From the NCBI GenBank assembly GCA_028023455.1, contig JAQFVV010000002.1, positions 23,808,001 through 23,872,000 on the forward strand: 64,000 nucleotides of DNA. The letters run 5' to 3'. Below, piece after piece: positions 13,300 to 26,631 of this stretch. Origin of the DNA: Epiperipatus broadwayi. Taxonomy: Eukaryota > Animalia > Onychophora. Every line of letters begins with the position of its first letter. Positions within the stretch are counted from its first letter, which is position 1. The notes under the pieces were generated by a model. That model saw only the letters and a program-made list of their open reading frames with translations, did not search any database and was not told the DNA's origin. The position numbers and the translations under genes are program-made.

Positions 13300-14170
13300 C
13301 CCAGTGTAACATATAAGGAATCAGTTTAAATAAGGATTCTGGGTAAAAAAATCAATGATAACTGGAGAAATGGATTGGAGATTTCAATGATATTATAATA
13401 TATTTAAAAATGCCTACATCTTATACATAATCTTATTTGCTGATAGAAATGTTTTAGAGATATGATTAATCTATATTTAAAACTAAAATTCATGTGCATC
13501 AGAATGTTGGAAAAGTTGGATATGTTTGGCAATAGTGATCTAAATAAGACACTGACAATTCTTTCAAAAGATTGGTGCATTAAGCAGGTATTTAAAAAAT
13601 TAGCATCGAACACCATTCCATCACAAATCTAACAGTTAACTGAAAATTGGGAGAAAAAATTCTAGCTCCTGGAAGCTTTTTTTTTTTTTTTAGAGAATAA
13701 AAATAATATCCTATGCACATAAAACATATTATGTTTAAATGATCTGGCAATAAAACAATAACAACAACAACAACAAAGCAGCAGTGGCATAATGTTGCAT
13801 TCAGTGATGAATGATAATTTTGTCAAAACATCAATGCTAATCAAAATGTTCACAGGTTAGATTCAGCTATTAGTCGTAACTGGAACTGCCAAGTTATGGC
13901 CAAAAGTATACAGTTTGTGAGCATGTCACTTTCTAGAAAAAAATATAAAAGATCACATACTGTTGAAATCTTCCAACATGCATGTAAAAATGCTTTTTTT
14001 TGGTTTGTTGGCCTCTTTGAGTATTTCTATAGAACTTTAAGGATCTGTGAGTTTGGAATATGCTGTAACATTATAGACAAATATATCTGTTATCCAAGAC
14101 ATCGCTTACAGACTTTTATTATATCAATGTCTGACTGTGTACACATATCATGGTTGTCACCTATCACTAA
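13300..14170 (-). mobile_element. Decayed APE-type LINE endonuclease remnant (RTE-like)
   Basis: Motif traces SIMLQHIPN (about SIIQxYAPT), KFYRN, EDFNS (about GDFNA), ITW, DH. May belong to the same element as the 8.4-10.1 kb RT. Confidence 0.4.
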
Positions 14171-15690
14171 ATGCATCACTTTATAAATTGAATATTATTT
14201 ATATTTAAAATGAATAATCAAATGATTTTATTGCTTGGGAATTCATAATAAATTTGAGCATTGCATTTTCTAAAATTGAAATCGGTCTGAAAACTTTATG
14301 TTCCATAATCTGACTCTTACCAATGTATTAACTTACATAAAGCTAATTTATGTCTCACAACTTCTGAGATGCAATTTCTGTGTTAAACAATGTATAAATA
14401 CTACATAAAAGTCTGTGACAGAAGATGTGATTTAACATTTGTTTTTATAAATAGTATTGTATTCATGGTTATAAAAAATTACACACTTCAACCTTAAATA
14501 ACTTTAGAAAAGTCCTACGTTTATTTATTTGAATGCTATCCTTCTGATTTTATTACTTTATTTTTTCACAATGAAAAGATGCTTCTGTTTCTCTTTCTAT
14601 AGTTTACCTCTTTCCAAATCACTTCAACAAAACCAGGCTCAAACCCATGCTCATGTTTTTTTTTTTTCATGATTATAAAATACAGAAAAAATCGTAGAAT
14701 TAGTTTTTACATTTCTTCCCGCTTTCCTGTTATTTATATCTATTAAATCTTATCAATAATATAATTAAAAGGAAATGATCATTAACTACCACAGGGCAAA
14801 AATTCTTCTACTCATCCCATTGCAAATAAACAGTGAAGACATTACTCACTAGACGATAATAGCTGATTAGCGAGGATTATGGTTCTCTTTATTACAGTAT
14901 ACTAAGAACAGCTATATAGAGTAAAATCTTCACTGAAAAACTCACCAAATTCCATCTGGATTTGAACCCATGACTCTACAATGTCATTTTAATTTTATGT
15001 AAATACGGATACATTTTTATTTTCCAATATATGATCTACGTGGCAACGTTTTAATTAGCAACATTTAGGTTGCATTTGTCTGGGGGTGTAAGAATTTTAT
15101 TTAGTGTACGATGAACATCAAATGATACAGTGCATAAATAATTATGACATTTAATTTTTTAAAAAATAAATTAAATTATAAAAATTAAATTAAAAATTTA
15201 AACAATTTAATAAATTTATAAACAAACAGCGTTTACTTTAAAAAAAAAAAAAAAAAGAATAAAAAAAAGAAGAATAATCTGTTTGCAATAAAGAAAAAAG
15301 TGAAATAGAAAAATCTTCCCGTAAAAAGTTTTTACTTTAAATATTTCGTAAATTTTTATAAAAAGATACGGATCATGACATGAAACAAAAAACAACTTTA
15401 ATTTATATATATATTTGTTTTTTAATATATATATAAAACAACTTTAATTTTTAATTTAGTAAATTGACATTTTACAAACGATTTAAAAAATACTGGAGAA
15501 AAAAAAATACAGAAAAATTATAAATAAAGCAATAATATAAAAATTTCACATTAAAAACTAACTACTTCTTTTAAATGATTACGTTAAAATACAAGTTTTG
15601 AATTAGGGATGGGCAACCTTCAGTTCGCAGGCCAATTTCTCTCAAAAGCCCGTAATTTGATTCGCATATAGTTTCAAAATATATAAAAAT

Positions 15691-16126
15691 TATTCTCATT
15701 GTTTATAACTTACAAGCTTAAGAGATAGGGTCATGTGACCTATGACTCATTTTGACTATTTATAGTCTCTGTCTACTAATATATGGTATGGCTGAAGATC
15801 TATCAGCCCCATATAGCTATTTGAGTTGGATAGCTGGGTTTGAAGACATGTAGATGTCTGAAAATTTCAGATTTTCCACACAATAGATAACTTTTAGATA
15901 GGTGCTTGGCTTTGGGTTGGTATTTTTAGATCTAGTGTCTGAACCTATCCTGGCACCTCTCTGAGGAGTGCCAAAGCACGAAACCAAGGGTTCCTGACAG
16001 AGATATTTTAAATGCTGGCTCTGGCTAAGCATTTATCACAAAGTTTGATGAGGAATTGGCAATTCTCATTGTTTATAACTTACAAGCTTAAGAGATAGGG
16101 TCATGTGATCTATGACTCTTATTTTG
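15691..16126 (+). mobile_element. Family A hammerhead retroelement, partial tandem (370-bp period)
   Basis: 12-bp TSD ATATATAAAAAT at 15679-15690 and 16127-16138. About 60-bp direct repeat at 15693/16063. Colinear with the minus-strand copy at 62.8-63.4 kb. Confidence 0.92.
15957..15990 (+). ncRNA. Family A hammerhead with mutated cleavage site
   Basis: CUCU CUGAGGA GUGC CAAA GCAC GAAAC CAAGGG. Core and stem II are intact; CAUG-GUC-AGAG is altered or deleted. Confidence 0.75.
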
Positions 16127-17849
16127 ATATATAAAAATGATCTTTCCAATAGAAAGTCTTTATTTGTTTACATTTTTAAAAAATCGTAGCACACATAATT
16201 ATAAAACATTTTTTTCCCAAAATGATATTTACTAAATCAAATCTGGATTTCATGTGGTGCACACCTATATGAAATCATTGTTAAGAAGCAATGACAAAAA
16301 TCTCAATAAATTTTGGATTAATTTTTTGTATTTTTCCTGCCTTTGCAGTTACTTAATTGCATGTAAATGTAATGATCCTGCTGTGATTAATATTGAAATA
16401 ATAAAAATCAAAATAAATAATTCTTATCATTTTTGCATTCTTTTTATTTTCAACTCCTAAAAATTATGGCCCTCCTCTACATCAGATAAGTTTGAGTGGG
16501 CCTGCCAAAATGGGAAGAAAAGTTGCCAATCCCTGGTCTAGATCATATATTCATATCTGAATCCATGCCTATCAAGAGTACAAGTAGTAAAGTCGGAAGC
16601 TATAGATTTTTAAATTAGTTTCAAATAAGAGGAAAAAAAATCGTTTGATCAACTGAATGGTACTGTTGAACATGATCTGTCTACCATTTTGGTAACACAT
16701 GATTTATTGAGTACTGCCTTTGTAGAGTATAATAAATAATCTTATAGAAACTGCAAGTATTTAACAAGCATTAATTACTTACTATTCAACTCTCCACAAT
16801 CACCTTTTGGAAAATATATTTAAATTATAGTGACCTAGAATTATTAAAAAAAACATTTTTTGACCTTTAACATTTGGTAAATATTAATTCAATTTTTTTT
16901 ATTGGTAATAATTTTAGTTAATTACTTCATAAATGCAGTTATTAAACAGTGTTGTTAAAGATTCCAAAAGTGCTGCTAATCTTGAATATTATTTTTATGT
17001 TTAATAAAATTATTTCATCGATATATTTTTAAATACTATGCATACACACATATAAAAACATATACATTTCTATACCTAACATAGTTTACCACATTTGCCT
17101 ATCATAAGCATAACATAACTTAGAAAAAACATTTTAGGTGGCTACAGTTTTTTCCAAATAAACAATTTTTTTTTCTCAGATATCTGGTTCATAATTATCC
17201 AATAATTAATTAAAAAATCGGTAATTAATTATTACTATAATAACTAAAAAATAAAGTTAAAAATAGAATCCACAAAAACACTCACTATATGGCAATTAGG
17301 TAGCTTGATGATGGTCATTTTCTTCTTGATTACTCCTCTGAGAAGGATAAGCCTTCTTCGGGAAATGGGCTATTAAGGATTGTTTTACTTTTTACCCTTA
17401 CAAATTAAATGCGCTTTGTTTCCTGTTATCTTTATTACTTTTATATATATATATATTTAAGCATGAATTTTTAAAATCGATAATTTCACTTGTTAAACTT
17501 AATATGTGAAAACAAAATGTTTTTGAAATGGTTATGAATACAATGCATTCAAAAACAATTGTCATATTTTAAACTAGATTAGGAACTGTGTTCAGTGTAT
17601 GTAAAAGCATCATGAATAACGTTCTCCAAAAACACTTTCAATACTCCATGAATTTCTTTATAAATTAAACCAGATATACACTTCACTTCTCCATGGCTAG
17701 TGAGCTATAGTTGGTTTTATGATTACTTGGATATTATCATGCAGTACTTTATAGGTGACATTTAGCACTACCTTTGCCTAATCCTTTGCCTCCTTTTCTA
17801 TGACCAGTCATATTTATTTACAGATTTTGATAACTTAAGCAACAAATGT

Positions 17850-18110
17850 CAGTTCAATCCAGCAATACCCAATGAATGCCCCACAGCATCAGCAGTCCTT
17901 GAAGAGCTCAGTGGAGGGGAGAAATGAATAAAAGACTTTGACATGAATGATGATAAAAGTGATGGTATTTCTTCTCCAAAAGTAGTTTTTTGCTTTTTTG
18001 ATAAATTTGAGCTGGAATGATAACAGGTGCAGCATATATGCTATTGGCATACAAAACCTCAGCAATACATGCTTCCTCAACTCCATTCGTCAATGTCTAA
18101 TTTACACAGC
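17850..18110 (-). mobile_element. Possible L1/Tx1-like RT thumb remnant
   Basis: Overlapping ORFs give IAEVLYANSIYAAP and IKKAKNYFWRRN, resembling non-LTR thumb motifs. Weak. Confidence 0.3.
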
Positions 18111-18598
18111 ATTTCTCGTCAATTATATGTCTAATAAACATTTAACTTTTCTTCAGCTCTAAACACTATTATTCTATGATTATCATGTGAATTTAAAATG
18201 TAAAAGTATTATTTCCATATAAAGTGTTATTTGCAAAATGAATCACCGAATAGTCCAACATTTCTTTGAATATGTTTAAAACTAATTGATATGTTTCATA
18301 ATGTATAGAAGTAATATTTTTTAGGGGCACAAGCTTATAAAATAAAAACAAAATAAAATAAATTATTTAATTTTAAATAATATTTTATTTGCTACATGTA
18401 TTCATATTCATTTTAAACATAGAGTAAAATATGAATACATTGAATTGTCTATTCTTTGGATTAAACAACAACATATAAATAACACTTACTATTCTATTTT
18501 TCTTTACTAATGAGATTTAAGTTTCAAATATGAGTCCACTAAAGTAAAAAACACAGATTAGGATAGATAATTTTGAAAAAAGTTCAATATATATATAT

Positions 18599-20801
18599 TG
18601 TAACGATCCGGAGAAAGTGACTTAACGTAATCTGCACTACGGGGCGCCATCTAGGCATTTGAACCTAGAAAAATTTATAAAGTAGGCAGATACGTAAGTC
18701 AAAAAAAAAAAATTTTTTTTTTTTTTTTTGAATCCGGTCGTTAGCCCATGTCACTAGCTCAGTGGAATAGCAGAGATTTAATAAGATAATCTAAGAGTAT
18801 ATATATAAAAAAAGAATAAAATAAGCCACTGCCAGTAATTAACATACAAACATTTATTTATGCACATATATATAAGATTTAAAATTATTTTAGTATTAGT
18901 TTTACATTTTAACATTTAACATTATTTTTAACTTTGATTTTTGACTTTAATTTACATTTAATTACTATTATATTCTAATTTTACATTTTAATTAAGTTCG
19001 CACAGATAAATTTATGAAAGCTTGTTTATAATGTTGAATATAGATCGGTTACATAGATTTCACGGTCAAAAACATTTCAAAAGAAACATAAACGATCAAA
19101 ATACAAAATTATTGATTACTGACAATTGCGGAGGGAAATTTATATGTAACCCAATAGTATTCACCATAAGATACTTGCATTGTCACCAATAACTTAAAAG
19201 ACATCCGAATAAATACATTTTAGATACTCACCGTAAGGTATCATTATTTATCGAATGTCTATATATTTTGATCAAATATGAAAACCCAAAACATACTTAA
19301 CCGATAACCAATCCATGCAAGCGTCTATAAACAACTTAAATTTAATGCATTTTTATTTAGGGTCAAGTATGAATAGACCACATAGATTTGCTTTTGAAAA
19401 TAAACATTCTATCCCTATTTAACCTTAGGTTAAAATTCGTAGTCAAACCGGCATCAATTCATCTGATATATCGATGTATTCAATGTAATAAAATACGGCA
19501 GCACAAAAAGTTAAGAGAAGAAATTGACTTCTCATGAGATAGGAATATTACATCTATCTGCAAAGAAGAGCAATAAAACAAAAAACTCCATAGAAAGGAA
19601 CTGCGGTATCCGACTTATAATTCCTTCCATAGGCAAACGGAAGTGTGCGGCGTATGAAGCGATTCTGCCCGTAGCGAATCAATATTACATCTACTAATCA
19701 CACCAATATATCCAATCCATTGACCCAATTTAACCACGAAACAAATAACCCAAGATTACCCTCCCCTAATATAACTTTACAAATCTATACAGCCATTCAC
19801 GCCCGACTTAAGTTTAACATTGATATATTTTAATTTATCGGAAAACAGAAATCATAAATAAACTTAAAGAACAAAATTAAATAAATGGAAATGATTTTAC
19901 ACAAATAAATAAAAAATACATCAAATAACATTTTAACTACTTTAGTCAGATAGGAAACTAATGCAATTATTTTAAATACGAAAAGTTTTTAATTTAATGT
20001 TCATTAATTGTAAAGTTCTTACGGTTTTAAACAGTTCATCTTTATCTGTCGTTTGTAAGTTTGAACGGGAATTCCCACGCCGTCCTCAAAAGATTGGTAT
20101 CCATTTAGCCGTTGTTTTATTTATTCATTCGGAGGTTTTTTAGTTCAATTGGTCCTCAATGTAGGAAACGATAGTTCATTTCTCTTTTCTTTAACAGCTG
20201 AAAGAATTGACCGTGCGTCTGTCAATTCCTTCACCTCCAACTCCGTACTAATACATATAGTCACATCGTAATAATCAATAATCAGTCACTCACTAATTAA
20301 TAATTTCCAAACTTGTCCTTTTTATATTAATGTGAAGGATTGAATTTACATTACGTCACCGATGCGATGGTCCTTTCGCTGCGGTCCGATTCCATAGGGA
20401 TTTCTTCTTATTTGCTAACAGTTTCTATTGTTTTCCTATCTGACCGATGTTTTTACATTTAAATGCCCAAGGCTGGTTTACATTTAACTAATTAACAATC
20501 ATTTCCATTTCTGATTAATTACCCTGTTTTCCAAATCAAAAATATATTTAAAGATAAATTTAAAGATATAATTTTATCTCCAAATCTTTTTAAAATTTAG
20601 TTTTAAAATACTTTTTCTTTAATAAAGTTTTATTTTAATAATTTTTCATTATCTGTGCGATTTAATATATACGAGTTTAAGATGATATTTAATTTCAATT
20701 TTTAATTCTTAAAGAAAATTTTTAAATGCGAACTTCTTATTTTAACTTGTTTAATAATATAAAAAAAAAAAACAATGTAACGAACGTCTGTGCTCGTTAC
20801 A
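18599..20801. repeat. LTR copy 1
   Basis: TG...CA ends, 8-bp terminal inverted repeat, near-identical to 21533-23738. Confidence 0.9.
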
Positions 20802-21532
20802 TATCAGTAAAGTTACTTAAAAAAAAAATGATCAAAAAAAAAAAAAATTTTACTTAGGGTTAGTAATTACGGTACACGATTGACGAAGACATTTACAAAA
20901 CATCCGGTTAATAATTTTAAAAAAAGACTATATACAAAAAGAAAAATGTTTGACTATCGCTTACCTAAGGACCATTTACGTTTACACCCCTCCCCACAAG
21001 AGTTCTATTTTATTTTATACATTTTATTTTTTACACACGGCATGACAAGCAAGTTATTTTAAAATTATTTATTTAAGAAGGTTGCATTGAAGTAAATATA
21101 TTTTGAAAGATAATGGATTTATACGTGTATATTTGCAGCACAATTATAAATACCACCAACTTATTTATGACTGATTGAAATGCATACATAGGGTTACACT
21201 GAAGTAATTCCCAAAGGTACTCATCGTAAGGCACCACATTTCGATCATAAACTTACGTGGCTGTGCGCACCTATACACGTTAAAGCATAATATATATCAA
21301 CAAAAAAAAACATATCAATTGCAACCTTTTGACTTTCTTTTTAACAAAATACAGTTTAAAATTATTTATACTTTCTCGTGTTTAATATATGTGCTATTTC
21401 TTTCTGGCAGTGCTTTTATAAGATTTAAAGTATACGACTATATGTAAACAGATAAAAATATTTCATTTTGATAAAATTTGCTCAGGGTATATGTGGTTTA
21501 TTAAAGATCGGCCCCAGATTGGGAAAGCCAGT

Positions 21533-23738
21533 TGTAACGATCCGGAGAAGGTGACTTAACGTAAACTGCACTACGGGGCGCCATCTAGGCATTTGAACCT
21601 AGAAAAATTTATAAAGTAGGCAGATACGTAAGTCAAAAAAAAAAAAAAAAATTTTTTTTTTTTTTATTTTGATTCCGGTCGTTAGCCCATGTCACTAGCT
21701 CAGTGGAATAGCAGAGATTTAATAATATAATCTAAGAGTATATATATAAAAAAGAATAAAATAAGCCACTGCCAGTAATTAACATACAAACATTTATTTA
21801 TGCACATATATATAAGATTTAAAATTATTTTAGTATTAGTTTTACATTTTAACATTTAACATTATTTTTAACTTTGATTTTTGACTTTAATTTACATTTA
21901 ATTACTATTATATTCTAATTTTACATTTTAATTAAGTTCGCACAGATAAATTTATGAAAGCTTGTTTATAATGTTGAATATAGATCGGTTACATAGATTT
22001 CACGGTCAAAAACATTTCAAAAGAAACATAAACGATCAAAATACAAAATTATTGATTACTGACAATTGCGGAGGGAAATTTATATGTAACCCAATAGTAT
22101 TCACCATAAGATACTTGCATTGTCACCAATAACTTAAAAGACATCCGAATAAATACATTTTAGATACTCACCGTAAGGTATCATTATTTATCGAATGTCT
22201 ATATATTTTGATCAAATATGAAAACCCAAAACATACTTAACCGATAACCAATCCATGCAAGCGTCTATAAACAACTTAAATTTAATGCATTTTTATTTAG
22301 GGTCAAGTATGAATAGACCACATAGATTTGCTTTTGAAAATAAACATTCTATCCCTATTTAACCTTAGGTTAAAATTCGTAGTCAAACCGGCATCAATTC
22401 ATCTGATATATCGATGTATTCAATGTAATAAAATACGGCAGCACAAAAAGTTAAGAGAAGAAATTGCTTCTCATGAGATAGGAATATTACATCTATCTGC
22501 AAAGAAGAGCAATAAAACAAAAAACTCCATAGAAAGGAACTGCGGTATCCGACTTATAATTCCTTCCATAGGCAAACGGAAGTGTGCGGCGTATGAAGCG
22601 ATTCTGCCCGTAGCGAATCAATATTACATCTACTAATCACACCAATATATCCAATCCATTGACCCAATTTAACCACGAAACAAATAACCCAAGATTACCC
22701 TCCCCTAATATAACTTTACAAATCTATACAGCCATTCACGCCCGACTTAAGTTTAACATTGATATATTTTAATTTATCGGAAAACAGAAATCATAAATAA
22801 ACTTAAAGAACAAAATTAAATAAATGGAAATGATTTTACACAAATAAATAAAAAATACATCAAATAACATTTTAACTACTTTAGTCAGATAGGAAACTAA
22901 TGCAATTATTTTAAATACGAAAAGTTTTTAATTTAATGTTCATTAATTGTAAAGTTCTTACGGTTTTAAACAGTTCATCTTTATCTGTTGTTTGTAAGTT
23001 TGAACGGGAATTCCCACGCCGTCCTCAAAAGATTGGTATCCATTTAGCCGTTGTTTTATTTATTCATTCGGAGGTTTTTTAGTTCAATTGGTCCTCAATG
23101 TAGGAAACGATAGTTCATTTCTCTTTTCTTTAACAGCTGAAAGAATTGACCGTGCGTCTGTCAATTCCTTCACCTCAACTCCGTACTAATACATATAGTC
23201 ACATCGTAATAATCAATAATCAGTCACTCACTAATTAATAATTTCCAAACTTGTCCTTTTTATATTAATGTGAAGGATTGAATTTACATTACGTCACCGA
23301 TGCGATGGTCCTTTCGCTGCGGTCCGATTCCATAGGGATTTCTTCTTATTTGCTAACAGTTTCTATTGTTTTCCTATCTGACTGATGTTTTTACATTTAA
23401 ATGCCCAAGGCTGGTTTACATTTAACTAATTAACAATCATTTCCATTTCTGATTAATTACCCTGTTTTCCAAATCAAAAATATATTTAAAGATAAATTTA
23501 AAGATATAATTTTATCTCCAAATCTTTTTAAAATTTAGTTTTAAAATACTTTTTCTTTAATAAAGTTTTATTTTAATAATTTTTCATTATCTGTGCGATT
23601 TAACATGTACGAGTTTAAGATGATATTTAATTTCAATTTTTAATTCTTAAAGAAAATTTTTAAATGCGAACTTCTTATTTTAACTTGTTTAATAATATAA
23701 AAAAAAAAACAATGTAACGAACGTCTGTGCTCGTTACA
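21533..23738. repeat. LTR copy 2
   Basis: As for copy 1. Contains 102-codon ORF 22328-22636, which is frameshifted in copy 1. Confidence 0.9.
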
Positions 23739-25284
23739 ATATATATATATATATTTTGTAGAGAAAGAATAATTTTCATGAAACAGCAAATTAATAAATG
23801 CTATTTTGAAGTTTTATGTGAAGAACTATTCCTTACGACAAATATGCATTCTGCTGGATCAAAATAAGTTCAATGAACAAATGTTACAATTATAACTCAC
23901 TCATAGTGTTTAATAGCTGAGTCCTAATTTGATTGAATACCCACCTATTGGGACAATGTATATTAATTTTATTTATTGAAACAACATATCTCCCAATACA
24001 ACTGATGAAATAACAGTAACGGATTATTGGAAGCAATCTTAAAATGCGTTGAAGGAATGAATCCATGACAGCTATTTGTTGCATCTGCAACAGAAGAGTT
24101 CAATCTATTTGTACTTAAAAGTTATCTATGTAAGTAAATATTGCTAATGAATTCCAAATAAAAGTGCCAATTAGATTCTCAGACTAGTGTGTGTTAATGA
24201 AGAGTATTGATTACACTTATATGTACACAAGTTGCATTTACTGCTAATATCTCATTTAAACTAATGATTTAAAAGTCTTGAACCAACTTGACTTGCTTGT
24301 CCAGTTATGCTGATCTAAAACTAAGTCAACTATTATATATTCTAATGAACTATGTTGTATGCTAAATTTTAATTTTTCTTTTTGACTAAAAGATGATATA
24401 TGTGCAATCCAGTGGGATTAGTTTGGCCCACCATTTACTCCATCGATTATTGATACTTACATAAGATGGTTTTAAAATAAATTAAATTAACAGATATTAG
24501 CAGACAGGTGTGGTAGAATATTTAAGTGATTCTTGTTGAATTTTTAAATCCATTGAGTCCATTAGATATGATATCAGAAGATATAAAGTTGGAAAAAACA
24601 CACTCCTGTTTTTACTAGAGGAGATTTTTTTTTTTTTTTTTAAAAAAAAAAAGGTTTAATAAACAATTTTTTTTAAAAAAAAGGTTTATTAAACATAGAG
24701 CAATTTCCACAATAATGTTGTTGAAACTGAAATCATCACTGGAAATCAATAAACAGCTAGTTTAAATTTATTTCCCACATTCTAGAACTCAATGACATAG
24801 ATCTATCTTTAATCCTACTCTGTTATCGTATCAATTGGTATATCACAACAATCAACAAATTACAAACCTATTATTCAATTTTGTTTCTTATCCACACACA
24901 CAACAAAAAATTATTGGGAAGCAATAGAGCATTCACAAAAAAATATTACTATCAATAAAAAATAAGTATATAAATTTTATTTAGTTATTTCCTCATATGT
25001 TTATCAATATCAAGTCATTATTACAATCATTAATAAAATCTATATTATATTTCACAAATTTTTCTTCATTAACTTCATATCAACTCTAAGCAAGGCACTT
25101 TGAAATAAATATAAAGATAAGAAATTCCAAGAGTAGTTCACTTTAACATCTGTGAATTGTTGCCCCTTCTTAATTTGCAAGATATGAGCAGAAGATAAAT
25201 AGTATGTAGATGATAATGTTATTTACCTATGACAACATTTTTTCCTATCATAAACAATAAATAATTCAATTTTATAAAGTTGAG

Positions 25285-25803
25285 TAAATCATTTATTTTA
25301 TATAGCGCGATGTTTTTATGAACTGTAATAGTTAAACAGCATTAAGCTGTTGCACATGTGCTTTGCAGATTTTAACTATAAATGACTGAATACTAACACT
25401 TCAAACACATGATAAAGTCTTTGGGAAAAGATAGAATGGCCATCTATCTTTTCGAACCCAAATGCTTTTGTATGGGCAAATCTTAAGTGTTTGAAAGTGA
25501 AAGCATGATGATATTAAATAATCACTTTAAATTACTTTTACATGCTTGAATGAATGACGCTGGTGAAAATTACTAGAATTTATGATAGTCATTATTTGAA
25601 ATTAAATGTATGTAAATAAATCAATTATTTTATATAGGGCGTGTTTGCCCATACAAAAGCATTTGGGTTCGAAAAGACAGATGGCCATTCTATCTTTTCC
25701 CAAAGACTTTATCATGTGTTTGAAGTGTTAGTATTCAGTCATTTATAGTTAAAATCTGCAAAGCGCATGTGCAACAGCTTAATGCTGTTTAACTATTAAA
25801 GTT
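25285..25803. mobile_element. Fold-back element with 160-bp arms (family E)
   Basis: Arms 25321-25480 and 25644-25803 are near-perfect inverted repeats with a 163-bp spacer. 10-bp direct repeat TAAAGTTGAG at 25275 and 25797 is a candidate TSD. Confidence 0.9.
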
Positions 25804-26631
25804 GAGATAAAGAAACTTAGCTGTTTGTAAGCTTACAACATTTTAAAACATTAAAAATCAAGGCTAATACTATTTACCTATCACGACTTTTACCTAGCAG
25901 AACTCTGCCTTTCACACAAAAAGTTTTACACAGGATATTGCAAATCTATTATTTCAAAAGAGAAAAATACACACCCAGAAAATTTAATAAGGAAGAAATT
26001 GTTATAGACAACATAGTGCATTATATATTTTTTTAAATAAATTCCTAACATTGATATATTTTTATAATTTTAAATGTAAAAATTTATTCCTCTCATAAAT
26101 ATTAAATAATTAATTTTTTAAAGCTGAGTAAAGAAATTTAACTATTTATTTGTAAGACTACAACAATCCAAAATACTGCACAAGGATCCCTAGTATAATC
26201 CTAATTTAATGAAAAATTAAAGTGAATTATTTAACACTTTGTAAATGTGTTCTATGATCACCTCATTAACAAATGACCAATTGTAGATAGTGTACAACTG
26301 CAGTTTTACTTTTTGTGTTTTTGTACACTTAATAACCTGTGTGGTTGGAACAGTGTGAGGGACATGATAACTAAATCTTCCTGGATCAAAGTGAAATATA
26401 TAAATTCTGATATTTAACATCCACTTGATCTCCTGAGTAACTAATATTTGATTATTTACACTACTAAAGCAATATTAGAAGTTAATATAATCACCAAACA
26501 TCACATGATCACCATCTCGTACTAGCACATAATTGTTATTAAACAAGGCAAAACTCTCCATACAGTAGTGTCACCCTGTGCCAAACAGAGTAATCAATGG
26601 ATGTCAGAAGGCGTGCCTACTCATCCAATAT

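Larger units (their letters stand above)
15604..16535. mobile_element. Decayed hAT (Charlie-type) MITE hosting a family A insertion
   Basis: Ends TAGGGATGGGCAACC / AAGTTGCCAATCCCTG. The right flank GTCTAGAT matches the Charlie target consensus; the left TSD is degenerate. Confidence 0.75.
18599..23738. mobile_element. Young non-autonomous LTR element: two about 2.2-kb LTRs and a 731-bp non-coding interior
   Basis: Direct repeats 18599-20801 and 21533-23738, each TGTAACGA...TCGTTACA. About a dozen differences by eye. Inserted in an (AT)n tract (ATAT on both sides). No gag or pol. Confidence 0.9.

Noticed and set aside
14860-14985. Minus-strand B-box-like GGGTTCAAATCC (possible old SINE); a similar weak case at about 35150-35230
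   Set aside because: Only the box is recognisable; no TSD, second copy or boundaries could be supported.
18633-18650. GGGGCGCCA as the reverse complement of a PBS
   Set aside because: It lies inside both LTRs rather than next to one, and does not fit a tRNA T-arm or acceptor end.
18745-18775. TAGCTCAGTGG (tRNA A-box-like) inside the LTR
   Set aside because: No B box or cloverleaf follows.
20855-20863. TTAGGGTTA telomere-like word in the LTR element interior
   Set aside because: Only 1.5 units; expected by chance.
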